A model generated the notes under the pieces. That model saw nothing but the letters and a program-made list of their open reading frames with translations, was not told the origin of the DNA and did not search any database. The translations under genes and the position numbers were made by a program. Below are positions 10,162 through 19,764 of a stretch of 64,000 bases of DNA, piece by piece. Location of the stretch: contig JAUJOH010000010.1 in the NCBI GenBank assembly GCA_030447745.1, positions 35,374 through 99,373 on the forward strand, in the 5' to 3' direction. The DNA is from Chloroflexota bacterium (lineage in GTDB: Bacteria; Chloroflexota; Limnocylindria; Limnocylindrales; CSP1-4). How positions within the stretch are numbered: position 1 is the first letter of the stretch; each line of letters begins with the position of its first letter.

Positions 10162-10586
10162 GTGTCGAGCTCCGCCGCCGGGGCCCCCGGCGCATCGATC
10201 GGCCGGCTGATCAGCCAGTGGTGCCCGAACGGATCACGAAGCCGGCCCTGTCGAAGGCCGTACGGCTGGTCCTGGACCGGGAAGATGACGTCGCCGCCCG
10301 CGTCGATCGCCTGCTGCGCGACGGCGTCCGGGTCATCCACGTACAGGCTGATCCGGACCGACGTCCCGCCCAGTGTCTCCGGGCTCAGGTTGCCCACTGA
10401 CGGCGTCTCATCCACCGCGCCGAACTCCGCCTCGCCGATGGCAAGGATGGCGACGACACGCCCGTCCGAGCTCGTCAGCCGCGAGAGCTCGCGAGCCCCG
10501 AAGGCGCGCTGGTAGAACTCGCTGGCTCGCGCGGCATCGCGGAGCGACAGCATGGGCATGATCCTGATCGCGGAGGCGTCTGGCAT
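10158..10586 (-). CDS. VOC/PhnB-like protein
   Basis: PMLSLRDAARASEFYQRAFGA...VDDPDAV...PYGLRQGRLRDPFGHHW. Confidence 0.85.
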   Translation of the reverse strand: MPDASAIRIMPMLSLRDAARASEFYQRAFGARELSRLTSSDGRVVAILAIGEAEFGAVDETPSVGNLSPETLGGTSVRISLYVDDPDAVAQQAIDAGGDVIFPVQDQPYGLRQGRLRDPFGHHWLISRPIDAPGAPAAELDT

Positions 10587-10984
10587 GAGGCTTGCTCCAT
10601 CCTGGTCGAGCTACCGACCTTGGTGAGGTGCGCGCCGGCGGACAGGTCCGCGAGCGTATTACGTCGCGGCCGAGACGCCCACGGCCCCAAGGAGAGCAGA
10701 TAATCATCGCCGGACTGGTATCTGCAGCGCGGCCTCGAAATCAGGCCAGCCATGCAGGCCAGGACTCCTGGGCCGGCTCGAGGCGGTCGGAGGACCCGGC
10801 CCTGAGCGTGGGAAGCACCGCCAGGACGGTGTTTCGGGCCGCCCAGAAGGCCCAACAGTCTGGCCGCGCATGTCTGGCCGCATTGTCGCCTGGGCGACCG
10901 GCCGCCGTGTCGTCTGGACGACCGGCCGCCCCTTTGTCGATCGAACCGCGATGATGGCGGCTGCCTCTCATCGTTCAATCGTGG

Positions 10985-11573
10985 TCAATCGGCGGCGGGA
11001 ATCCCACCTGATCGACGACCTTGGCGACGCAGCCCGACGACCACGACTGCACCGACAAGTGCGCCGAGCACCGCCGCGACGCCGAGCGTTGGCAACCCGT
11101 CCGCGGTTGGTCCCGGCTCCGCAACCGTGACGTTGAGGCGAACCCCGGGCGCCGTGGCGGGCGCAGGGAACTGCGGCAGCTCGAGCCTCCACTCACCCGA
11201 CGTCGGGAACACGACTGTCCCACGATAGAGACTGGCGTCCTCGGCATCGGGCCGAACGGCGACGTCGACTCGCGCCCCGTCAGGACCAACCGCGACGACG
11301 CGGTACGGATAGTCAGCCCCCCACAGGACGAGAACCGTGCCACTTGGCGCGGGTATCGGTCCGTCGTGTTGCATGGGGTTGGCGGCGTCTGCGCCAAAGG
11401 TGGCGAACGTGCGGACCAGAACCTCCGCCGGTTCGTCGGCAGTGGGCCGCTCGGGTGAAACGGTCAAGACGGACCACATGGCTGCCGAGGCGCGGCTCCC
11501 CATGGCCAAGGGATACGGCGGCGATCGCGAGCGCGATGACCAGCGACGGCAACCATGCCGGACGACGGTCCAT
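10985..11573 (-). CDS. Hypothetical exported/membrane-anchored protein (probable frameshift near 11510)
   Basis: Signal-like N-terminus MDRRPAWLPSLVIALAIAAVS in one frame. A beta-rich body (YRGTVVFPTSGEWRL) and a C-terminal TM followed by RR are in the next frame. Confidence 0.5.
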
Positions 11574-11577
11574 CAAC

Positions 11578-13686
11578 CTAGGCCGTTGCCGTCTCCTCGG
11601 CTCGGCCGGGCGTGCCACGCAGCGCCTCGAGCGTCTCGCGCACCTGATCGGCGAGGCCCGACGCGTCGAGCCGCAGCACCCGCCGCAGATCCGAGACCGA
11701 GCCGTGGTCGACGAACCGGTCACCCGGGATGCCGATGATCCGCACCGTCAGGTCGCGGAACGCGGGGTCGGTGAGGCGGGCGTCCTCGACCGCCTCGAGC
11801 ACGCCGGTTCCGAATCCACCGGTGACCACGCTCTCCTCGAACGTCACGAGCAGCCGCCGGCCGCGCGCCTGGTCGAGGATCAGCTGGCGGTCGAGCGGCT
11901 TGGCGAAGCGCGCGTTGATGACGCCGACCGACCAGCCCTCCGCCTCCAGCGCGTCGGCCGCCTCCAGGACTCGCGCCACGATCGGGCCGAAGCCGACGAA
12001 CAGGAGGTCGCTCCCCTCGCGAAGCACCTCGCCGCGCCCGACCGGCAGCACCTCCGGGTCGGCCGGCGGAAGCCCGAACCCCGCGTCGCGGGGGTAGTGG
12101 AGCGCGAACGGGTGGTCCTGCGCGAGGGCGGTGTGCAGGAGCGACCGGAGCTCCTGCTCGTCCTTCGGCGAGGCAACGACGAGGTGCGGAAGCTGCCGCT
12201 GGACCGGGAGCGTGAACATGCCCTGGTGGCTCGTCCCGTCCTCGCCGACGAGCCCGGCCCGGTCGACCCCGATCAGGACCGGCACGTCGTTCTGGCAGAC
12301 GTCGTGGACGAGCTGGTCGAAGGCCCGTTGCAGGAAGGTCGAGTAGAGGGCGACGACGGGCCGCATGCCGCCGAGCGCGAGTCCCGTGGCCATCGTCATG
12401 GCGTGCTGCTCGGCGATGCCGACGTCGTAGAAGCGGTCCGGGAAGCGCGCCTGGAACTTCGAGAGCCCGGTGCCGGTCGGCATGCCGGCCGTGATCCCCA
12501 CGATCCGGCGGTCGCGCTCGGCCAGCTCGGTCAGCTCCGACACGAAGACGGCCGTGTAGTTGGGGTGCTTCTTCGCCTCAGGGGATGGCGTCGAGGCCGG
12601 GGCGGCATCGTCCGCCATCGACTCGGTCGGCATCGAAGGACGCCCGCTCACCGGGTCGTCCATCGCCGGCTGCACCTTGCCGTTGCGGGCGGACGCCGCC
12701 GAGACGCCCGGCTGGGTGGAGGTGCCCGGTGAGCCCGTCGCGCCGCGATGGTGACCGTCAGCCGCCGGCTCGAGCATCATCGGCGGGAGCGCCGCCCCGT
12801 GGAACCCGATCTGGTCCGTCTCGGCCGGCCGGAAGCCCCGGCCCTTCTGGGTCCGGACGTGGACGAGCACCGGTCCGGGCAGCCGGAGCGCCGCCTCGAA
12901 CGTCTCGAGCAGCGCGTGCAGGTCGTGTCCGGGCACAACGCCGATGTAGGTGATCCCGAGGTCCTCGAACAGCTGCCCTGGCTGCGCGAAGTTGACGACC
13001 GATCGGCGGAGCCGACGGCTGAGCTCGAGGGCGGTGGGGCCGATGACCGGGAGCCGCTCCACGAGCGAGTCGTACACGCTCTTGCTCTGGCGCCATGCGC
13101 TCGACAGCTTGATCTGCGAGAGGTAGTGCGAGAACGCACCGACCGTCGGGCTGATCGACATCTCGTTGTCATTGAGCACGATCAGCAGCTGCGTCCGGCG
13201 CTGGCCGATGTCGTTGAGCGCCTCGAGGGACAGCCCGCTCATGAGCGCCGCATCGCCGACCACCACCGCGATGCGCTGGAGGCCGTGGCGGATGTCGCGT
13301 GCGGCGGCCAGCCCCTCGGCGATCGAGAGGCCCGTGCCGGCGTGGCCGCCGTCGAAGACGTCGTGGGCGGACTCGCTGCGGCGCGGAAACCCGCCGACGC
13401 CGTCGAGCTGGCGCAGCGTGTGGAACCGGTCGAGCCGCCCGGTGAGCAGCTTGTGCGGGTACGCCTGGTGGCCGGTGTCCCAGACGATGCGGTCACGCGG
13501 GGACTCGAGCAGGCGGTGGAGCGCGAGCGTCAGCTCGACAACGCCGAGCGAGGAGCCGAGGTGCCCGCCCGTCTCGGCCACCGTGTCGATGATCGTCTGG
13601 CGGATCTCGGCCGCGAGTCGCGCGAGCTGGGGTTCGTCGAGGCCACGGAGGTCGGCCGGACCGTCGAGATTGGCGAGGATGGACAC
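11578..13686 (-). CDS. dxs: 1-deoxy-D-xylulose-5-phosphate synthase
   Basis: GGHLGSSLGVVELT, WDTGHQAYPHKLLTGR, GDAA..G...EALN, DVGIAEQHA, YSTFLQRAFDQ, DRAGLVGEDG. Confidence 0.96.
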   Translation of the reverse strand: MSILANLDGPADLRGLDEPQLARLAAEIRQTIIDTVAETGGHLGSSLGVVELTLALHRLLESPRDRIVWDTGHQAYPHKLLTGRLDRFHTLRQLDGVGGFPRRSESAHDVFDGGHAGTGLSIAEGLAAARDIRHGLQRIAVVVGDAALMSGLSLEALNDIGQRRTQLLIVLNDNEMSISPTVGAFSHYLSQIKLSSAWRQSKSVYDSLVERLPVIGPTALELSRRLRRSVVNFAQPGQLFEDLGITYIGVVPGHDLHALLETFEAALRLPGPVLVHVRTQKGRGFRPAETDQIGFHGAALPPMMLEPAADGHHRGATGSPGTSTQPGVSAASARNGKVQPAMDDPVSGRPSMPTESMADDAAPASTPSPEAKKHPNYTAVFVSELTELAERDRRIVGITAGMPTGTGLSKFQARFPDRFYDVGIAEQHAMTMATGLALGGMRPVVALYSTFLQRAFDQLVHDVCQNDVPVLIGVDRAGLVGEDGTSHQGMFTLPVQRQLPHLVVASPKDEQELRSLLHTALAQDHPFALHYPRDAGFGLPPADPEVLPVGRGEVLREGSDLLFVGFGPIVARVLEAADALEAEGWSVGVINARFAKPLDRQLILDQARGRRLLVTFEESVVTGGFGTGVLEAVEDARLTDPAFRDLTVRIIGIPGDRFVDHGSVSDLRRVLRLDASGLADQVRETLEALRGTPGRAEETATA

Positions 13687-13789
13687 GCGGTGCTCCTGCG
13701 AGCGATGCCAGTGGACAGGACCGTCGACCGTTGGTTCGAGCCGGACAGCGGTTCGGATGGCAGTCGGACGAGTCTACCGTTCTCCGGCG

Positions 13790-13820
13790 TGACGCCCGGT
13801 TGGCGTCAATACTTGATACC
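13790..13820 (-). promoter_or_regulatory. Inverted repeat and putative promoter region upstream of dxs
   Basis: TGACGCC-N5-GGCGTCA palindrome (13790-13808) next to a locally AT-rich stretch. TTGACG and TAGACT hexamers are present on the minus strand, but at non-canonical spacing. Confidence 0.35.
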
Positions 13821-13858
13821 ACGGATGCGCACGTTGTGCGACGTGCGGCCGAGCTGGG

Positions 13859-14119
13859 TCAGCTCTCCGATCCGTCCTCCGGGCGCACATCGACGACCTC
13901 GACGCCGGACGACCGCGCGACCAGCTGTTTCATCCGCAGCTCCGCGTCGGTCAGGAGCCGGTTGCAGTGCTCGATCAGGACAGCGCCCCGCTCGTGCAGC
14001 GCGAGCGCTCGCTCGAGCGGTTGGCCGCCAGTCTCGAGCTCCGCGACGGTCCTCTGGAGCTCGGCCAGCGCAACGTCGAACGGGAGCTGGTCGATCGGCG
14101 TGTCAGTCGACTCGGTCAC
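13859..14119 (-). CDS. xseB: Exodeoxyribonuclease VII small subunit
   Basis: FDVALAELQRTVAELETG..PLERALALHERG..LIEHC...L..AE. Confidence 0.9.
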   Translation of the reverse strand: MTESTDTPIDQLPFDVALAELQRTVAELETGGQPLERALALHERGAVLIEHCNRLLTDAELRMKQLVARSSGVEVVDVRPEDGSES

Positions 14120-14240
14120 CGGACTCCTCGTCCTCCCGCTCCGCCCAGCGGGTCACGGCCGGGGCGACGAGCATACCAACGGCCGAACCGACCGCCGCCA
14201 CGGCCGCGGCCGCCAGGAGGAGGCCGACGAGCTCAGGCAT
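14103..14240 (-). CDS. Small single-TM protein (45 aa)
   Basis: MPELVGLLLAAAAVAAVGSAVGMLVAPAVTRWAEREDEESGDRVD*. Fills the xseA-xseB gap and overlaps both genes; below the ORF-track size cutoff. Confidence 0.55.
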   Translation of the reverse strand: MPELVGLLLAAAAVAAVGSAVGMLVAPAVTRWAEREDEESGDRVD

Positions 14241-15690
14241 CGGGCTCGTTCGTCGTCACGGCCCGGAGCTCGCCGCGCGCGAGACGAAGGCGCAGCGGCG
14301 TGCCGGCGGGTGCCTCGTCTGGGCCTCGGACGATTGCGTCGTCGACCGCGCGATGCACGATCGAGTAGCCCCGATCGAGCGTCGCCTGTGGAGCCAGCAC
14401 GGCCATCGCCGCCGTGGAGGCAGCGAGGCCGGCGCGAGCTCGGCCGAGCCGCGCGACCGTCAGCCGGGGCAACGTCTCCGCCGCTCTGCCCAGGCGCAGC
14501 TGGTCGCGGACGAGGCGGCCGGTCAGCGCGCGCGTCGCCCGGTCGAAGAGCAGGCCGGTCTGCTCCCGGAGGGTCGCCAGCCGGGCTGCGGGACTGGCCT
14601 GCTCGAGCGCCCGGCGCTCCGCCGCCAGCTCTCGAGCGGCGCCGGCGAGGTGGCGGCCGCCGGCCTCGTGCAAGCGGTCCGCTGCTCGTCGCAGCGACGC
14701 CGCGAAGTCCGCCCGATCGGGCACCACGATCTCCGCCGCAGCCGACGGCGTGGGCGCGCGGACGTCCGCCGCGAAGTCGGCCAGCGTCACGTCGACCTCG
14801 TGCCCCACGCCACACACGACCGGCACGGAGTGGTTGATCACGGCGCGACCGACTCGCTCGTCGTTGAACGCCCACAGATCCTCGAGCGAGCCGCCGCCGC
14901 GGGCGAGGATCGTGACCGCCGGCGCGTCGTCCGGTCGTCCCTCCGCCCGGCACACCTCGATGTACCGCTCGAGGCGCCGGAAGGCGGTGACGATCGTGGG
15001 CGGAGCGGTGTCGCCCTGCACCTGGCACGCGACGAGCACGACCTGCGCCAGCGGCCAGCGTCGGGCGAGGACGTGGGTGATGTCGCGCCACACCGCCCCG
15101 GTCGGGCTCGTGATGACGGCGATCGTGCGTGGCCTGGGTGGCAGCGGCCGCTTCCGCGCCGAGTCGAAGAGCCCGTCCTGCGCGAGCCGCGCCTTGAGCG
15201 CCTCGAAGCGGAGGGCGAGATCACCGAAGCCCGCCGGCTGGATCGACTCGACGTACAGCTGGAGGGCGCCCTGCGGCTCGAACAGGTCGACCCGGCCGTG
15301 GGCCACGATCCGGAGACCCGCCTGCGGCTCGAAGGCGCTCCGCAGCCGGTCGTCGCGGAACCAGACGCACTGGAGCTGGTTGCGCTCGTCCTTGAGCGAG
15401 AAGTAGGCGTGCCCGGCGCTCGACACCGTCACCCGCCCGACCTCGCCCTCGACCCACAGGTCCGTCAGCCGCGGATCCGAGCGGACGGCGCCGCGAATCG
15501 CACGGGTGACCTCGCTGACGCCGAGGATGCGGAGGCCGTACGTGCCCGGCGCGGCGGCCTGCGACTCCCCCGGCCGGGCGGCCGTCCCCGGCGCGGGGCG
15601 ACGGCGTCCGCGGCCCCCGCGCGGGACCAGGGCGACGGCGTCCCAGAGGCGTCCCGGCAGCGCCCAGTCGGGCGGCTCGGATCGGGTCAC
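14233..15690 (-). CDS. xseA: Exodeoxyribonuclease VII large subunit
   Basis: WVEGEV, GHAYFSLKD, VITSPTGAVWRD, ARGGGSLEDLWAFNDE, GVGHEVD, TPSAAAE, LDRGYS. Confidence 0.95.
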   Translation of the reverse strand: MTRSEPPDWALPGRLWDAVALVPRGGRGRRRPAPGTAARPGESQAAAPGTYGLRILGVSEVTRAIRGAVRSDPRLTDLWVEGEVGRVTVSSAGHAYFSLKDERNQLQCVWFRDDRLRSAFEPQAGLRIVAHGRVDLFEPQGALQLYVESIQPAGFGDLALRFEALKARLAQDGLFDSARKRPLPPRPRTIAVITSPTGAVWRDITHVLARRWPLAQVVLVACQVQGDTAPPTIVTAFRRLERYIEVCRAEGRPDDAPAVTILARGGGSLEDLWAFNDERVGRAVINHSVPVVCGVGHEVDVTLADFAADVRAPTPSAAAEIVVPDRADFAASLRRAADRLHEAGGRHLAGAARELAAERRALEQASPAARLATLREQTGLLFDRATRALTGRLVRDQLRLGRAAETLPRLTVARLGRARAGLAASTAAMAVLAPQATLDRGYSIVHRAVDDAIVRGPDEAPAGTPLRLRLARGELRAVTTNEPDA

Positions 15691-15913
15691 CCGTAGCCCA
15701 GCTGGACGTGCCGCCAGCGGTCGTCGCCGTCGATGAGGCTCCGCAGGTGGTTGATCTCACTGGGCCGGCCGGGAGCGCTCGCCAGGCGGCGGCTGGAACG
15801 GTGACGAGATTGGTGAGCAGCGCCTGGCTCTCGTTCGTCGCCTCGATCCCGCGGCCCCGGAACGCGTCCTCGAGGACGTAGAGCAGCGTGTCGATGCTGC
15901 CGCGTCCTGACAT
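15687..15913 (-). pseudogene. Internally deleted DinB-family gene
   Basis: N-terminus ...QALLTNLVTVPAAAWRALPAG joins out of frame to EINHLRSLIDGDDRWRHVQLGYG*, resembling a DinB C-terminus. The middle is missing. Confidence 0.5.
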
Positions 15914-15929
15914 CGCGCCGGTCGCTCCG

Positions 15930-16487
15930 TCAGACTCGGGTCTGGTACTCGCCGGTGCGCGTGTCCACCCGGATCGTGTCGCCCTCGCCGACGAAGATCG
16001 GCACGTGGACGACCAGCCCGGTCTCCGTGGTCGCCGGCTTGCGTGCGCCCGACTGCGTGTCGCCGGCGAAGCCCGGCTCGGTCGCCGTAATCCTGAGGTC
16101 CACGGTGACGGGGAGCTCGACGCCGATCGTCTCGCCCTGGTACGAGGTCCGGTCGAGCGTCATCCCGTCCTTGATGTACCGCGCCGCGTCACCCAGCTGG
16201 TCGGCCGTCAGGGTGAACTGCTCGTACGAGTCGTTGTCCATGAAATGGAAGTCGTTTCCGTCGCGGTACAGGAACTGGACGGGCCGGCGCTCCATCGAGG
16301 CGCGCGGCCACTTCGTTCCCGCCTGGAACGAGCGCTCGATGGTCTGGCCGCGCTTGATGTTGCGGAGCGTGATCCGCACCTGCGCGGAGCCGCGGCCCAT
16401 CTTGATGTGGTGGTAGTCGAGGATCTGCCAGAGGTCGCCATCCAGCTCGATCGCGACGCCCTTTCGCAGCTCGCCGGTGCTGATCAT
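15930..16487 (-). CDS. efp: Elongation factor P
   Basis: ELRKG, HIKMGRGSA, QFLYRDG..FHFMD...YEQ, PGFAGDT, KPATTETG, VDTRTGEY. Confidence 0.96.
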   Translation of the reverse strand: MISTGELRKGVAIELDGDLWQILDYHHIKMGRGSAQVRITLRNIKRGQTIERSFQAGTKWPRASMERRPVQFLYRDGNDFHFMDNDSYEQFTLTADQLGDAARYIKDGMTLDRTSYQGETIGVELPVTVDLRITATEPGFAGDTQSGARKPATTETGLVVHVPIFVGEGDTIRVDTRTGEYQTRV

Positions 16488-16634
16488 GTCGGTGTGGCTC
16501 CACGTGCCGGGCGCGCGGACCGGCGGATCGATGGTGTTCGGTGGGTCGATTGTAGCCGAGCGCGACGCCGTGACCGGGTGTCCGCCCGTTCCGCTGATCC
16601 CCGGTTCGGGGCCGCCCGCGGCGAGCGCCCGAGC

Positions 16635-17876
16635 TCACCGCCCGACGACGATCGGCGTGCTCGGGAACCTCGTCAGCCGCTCGAGGCGTCCGGCCGTCGC
16701 GTCGATCGCGACCAGATCCTCGATCCGGACTCCCATCTCGCCCTCGAGATAGATGCCCGGCTCGACGGAGAAGACCGTCCGCGACGGGAGCTCGGCGACC
16801 GCCGCCGCGGACCTGCCGAGCGACGGCGCCTCGTGCGTCGCGAGCCCGATCCCGTGCCCGAGCCCGTGGCCGTAGGCGGGCCACCGCCCGTCCTCGTCGA
16901 TCACCGACCGGGCGGCGGCATCGGCTTCCCGACCCGTGGGCAGTGCCGCGCCCTCGGCCAGCCGCGCCTCGAGCAGCTGGATCGCCGCCCGCTGCGAGCG
17001 CGCGACGAGCCGGTAGACGTCGAGGTCGCGCTCGGCCGGCTCGCCGACGAACAGCGTCCGCGTCATGTCGCTCCGGTAGCCCGCCACCTGCGCCCCGAAG
17101 TCGAACAGCAGCACCTCGCCCGCGGCGATCGGCTGGTCGCGTGGCGCCCCGTGAGGCAGCGCCGCCTGGGCGCCGGACAGGCACGCGACGTCGAAGGCGA
17201 GGGCCTCAGCGCCGCTCGTCCGCATCTCCCACTCGAGCGCCATCGCGAGCTCGAGCTCCGTGGCGCCGGGACGGATCCGCGGCAGCAGCGCGGCCAGGGC
17301 GCGGTCGGCGACGGCGCACGCGGCGCCAATCCGCTCGAGCTCCGCGGGCTCCTTCGTGGCGCGATCGGCTTCCACCCACCCCTCGACGGGCACGAGCTCG
17401 ACCTCCGCAGCCGCGGACTCGAGGGCCCGCCAGACGCTGTGCGGCACGAACGCCGCCTCCACGGCGACGCGGCGGGCGCCGACGGAGGCCACGAGCTCCG
17501 TCCAGCGCGACGGCAGGTCGTGGTAGACCTCGAACAGCCGCGATTCGGGCGCTTCCCGCCCGGCCTGGATCGTGTACCGGCTGTCGGCCAGCACGACGAC
17601 CTCCTCGCCGCCGACGAGGAACTGGCCGGACTGGCCGGCGACCTTGTCTTCCCCCGACCCGAGCCGGAAGCCGGTGAGGTACCGCATGTGCTCCGGCCGG
17701 ACGCCGAAGTACGCGTCGACGCCCGCCTCGCCGAATCGCGCCCGAAGGCGCCGCAGGCGCGCCGGCCGCGCCACCCGGTCGAGTGCCTCCCACTCCGCGA
17801 GCTGGGCCGGCGGCGGCGGGCCGGCGAAGTCCGCCGGGGAGGGCCACGAAGAAGCGCCGCGGGCGCGAGCCGTCAC
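16635..17876 (-). CDS. Xaa-Pro aminopeptidase (M24)
   Basis: YLTGF, DSRY..QA, ALPHG, FDFGA...GYRSDMTRT, HGLGHGIGL..HEAP, SVEPGIY, GVRIED. Confidence 0.92.
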   Translation of the reverse strand: MTARARGASSWPSPADFAGPPPPAQLAEWEALDRVARPARLRRLRARFGEAGVDAYFGVRPEHMRYLTGFRLGSGEDKVAGQSGQFLVGGEEVVVLADSRYTIQAGREAPESRLFEVYHDLPSRWTELVASVGARRVAVEAAFVPHSVWRALESAAAEVELVPVEGWVEADRATKEPAELERIGAACAVADRALAALLPRIRPGATELELAMALEWEMRTSGAEALAFDVACLSGAQAALPHGAPRDQPIAAGEVLLFDFGAQVAGYRSDMTRTLFVGEPAERDLDVYRLVARSQRAAIQLLEARLAEGAALPTGREADAAARSVIDEDGRWPAYGHGLGHGIGLATHEAPSLGRSAAAVAELPSRTVFSVEPGIYLEGEMGVRIEDLVAIDATAGRLERLTRFPSTPIVVGR

Positions 17877-19228
17877 AGGTAGCCGTACTTGCGCCGGTTC
17901 TCGTTGTGCTCTTCGATCGTCTTTGCGAAGACGTGCTTGCCCCCGCCGTCCGGGATGGCGAGGAAGTAGAAGTAGCCGGCCTCCGTGTCCGGGTCGAGGG
18001 CCGCCTCGATCGAGCTCAGCCCTGGCGAGCAGATCGGCCCCGGCGGGAGGCCGCGCACCGCGTACGTGTTGTACGGTGCCAGATCCTCCGGGAGCTGGAC
18101 CTCGGCCAGCGGGACCCCCGGCGGCACCCAGAAGGCGTACTCCGTCCACCGCTCGAACGGCAGCTCGCGCAGTGCGAGGGTGTCGAGCGCGTAGAAGACA
18201 GTGGGGTCGGCGTTCAGGATCTGCTCCGGGCCGCTGCCGTTGAGCCGGTTCTCGTAGACGCCGGCGATCAGCGGACGCTCCTCGGGAACCTGCGCCTCCT
18301 TCTCGACGATCGAGGCCAGGGTCAGGCGCTCGTAGAAGGTCGCCTGTGCCACGCGCTCACGCCCGACCTGCTCGACGAACCGGTCGAGCATCATTCGGAT
18401 CAGCTCCTCCGCGGTCGTGTCCTGCACGAGGTCATAGGACGCCGGGAACAGATAGCCCTCGAGCGAGGCGCCGTCCGGCAGACCGGATGCGCCGAGCCAC
18501 GGGTAGTCGGCGAGAAGCTCCGGGGTCGGCTCCATCGCGAGGTCCCGGAACTCCTGGGCGTCGACGCTCAGGTCCTCCTCCCACGTCTGGATCAGCGCGG
18601 CCATCTGGTCGATCCGGAGTGCCTCGCGGAACGTCTTGGAAACCACGACGACGGTGATCCGGTTGTCGATCAGGGCGGTCACCAGCTCGTCCGGGGTCAT
18701 GTTCCTGGCCACGCGGAAGTCACCCGCCTCGAGCCGCGGCGCGAGATCGCGCATCGTGGCCTGGAACACGAAGGCCCGCGAGTCGCTCACCAGCCCCTCC
18801 GCCTCGAGCCGGTTGGCGACCTCCGCCACCGTGTCGCCGTCGCGCACGGTGAAGGTGACGTCGGCGGAGTCCTCGCTCGGCGCCTCGGTCAACGCGGTGC
18901 CCAGCCGCTCGCGGACGAGGTCCGCGACGAACGGGATCCGGAGCGCCGCCGGGTTGTCATAGCCCCAGCCGACCAGCGAGTCCGCGACGATCGGTCGCAG
19001 GGCGGTGAACAGCACGGCGATGACCAGCGCACCGAGCACGACCGCGAACACGACGAACCGAAGCAGCCCGACGAGACCGCTGCCGCCGCGATCGCGGGGC
19101 CGCCGCTCCGGCGAGGCGCGGCGCGGGTCGCCGTTCCACGTCCGGCGTCCGTCGAGGCGCTGGTGCGGCTCGTACGGCTCCGCCGGGGCACGCCGGTCGC
19201 GCGGGCGACCGCCGCCGCGAATGGTCAT
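17873..19228 (-). CDS. mltG: Endolytic transglycosylase MltG
   Basis: N-terminal TM, LEGYLFPASY, LASIVEKE, IAGVYENRL, ADPTVFY, YNTY...GLPPGPI.SPG. Confidence 0.93.
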   Translation of the reverse strand: MTIRGGGRPRDRRAPAEPYEPHQRLDGRRTWNGDPRRASPERRPRDRGGSGLVGLLRFVVFAVVLGALVIAVLFTALRPIVADSLVGWGYDNPAALRIPFVADLVRERLGTALTEAPSEDSADVTFTVRDGDTVAEVANRLEAEGLVSDSRAFVFQATMRDLAPRLEAGDFRVARNMTPDELVTALIDNRITVVVVSKTFREALRIDQMAALIQTWEEDLSVDAQEFRDLAMEPTPELLADYPWLGASGLPDGASLEGYLFPASYDLVQDTTAEELIRMMLDRFVEQVGRERVAQATFYERLTLASIVEKEAQVPEERPLIAGVYENRLNGSGPEQILNADPTVFYALDTLALRELPFERWTEYAFWVPPGVPLAEVQLPEDLAPYNTYAVRGLPPGPICSPGLSSIEAALDPDTEAGYFYFLAIPDGGGKHVFAKTIEEHNENRRKYGYL

Positions 19229-19764
19229 TGGCTCCTCTCCATCGCCGTCGACGGCGGAGCGGACGGGGCCTCGGGAGCTGGGGATTGGCCCGTGCCTGGG
19301 GATTGGCCCGTGTCCGCGGCGGCCCGCGCATCCAGCTCCTCCTGCAGGATGATCGCGGCGGCCTCACGGTCGACACGGGAACGGTACACCTCCCGCTGGG
19401 CCGGCGTAGGCGGGCCGCCCGATCGGCCGCGCTTCATCGGCCCGAGCCGCTCCTCCGCGCGGTGGCTGCTCAGTCGCTCGTCCCGGAGCGTGTACGGGAT
19501 CCCGAGGCGCTCGGCGACGCCGGCCGCCCACGCTCGAGTGAGCTCCGCCTGCGGCCCATCGGCTCCCCAGGCCTGGAGCGGCAGCCCGACGACCAGCTCG
19601 GTCGCCGAGTGCTCCGCGACGAGCCGCTGGATGGCGGCTGCGTCCGCGTCGAGGTCGTGGCCGCGCCGGATGGTCGCGACGGGCCACGCACGACCGCCCT
19701 CGCGCTCCGCGACCGCGACCCCGATCCGGCGCTCGCCGAGGTCGATGCCGAGCAGACGGGTCAA
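19225..19764 (-). CDS. ruvX: Holliday junction resolvase-like / pre-16S rRNA nuclease RuvX (YqgF)
   Basis: LLGIDLGERRIGVAV, VVGLP, DERLSS, VDREAAAIILQ. Confidence 0.92.
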   Translation of the reverse strand: MTRLLGIDLGERRIGVAVAEREGGRAWPVATIRRGHDLDADAAAIQRLVAEHSATELVVGLPLQAWGADGPQAELTRAWAAGVAERLGIPYTLRDERLSSHRAEERLGPMKRGRSGGPPTPAQREVYRSRVDREAAAIILQEELDARAAADTGQSPGTGQSPAPEAPSAPPSTAMERSQ

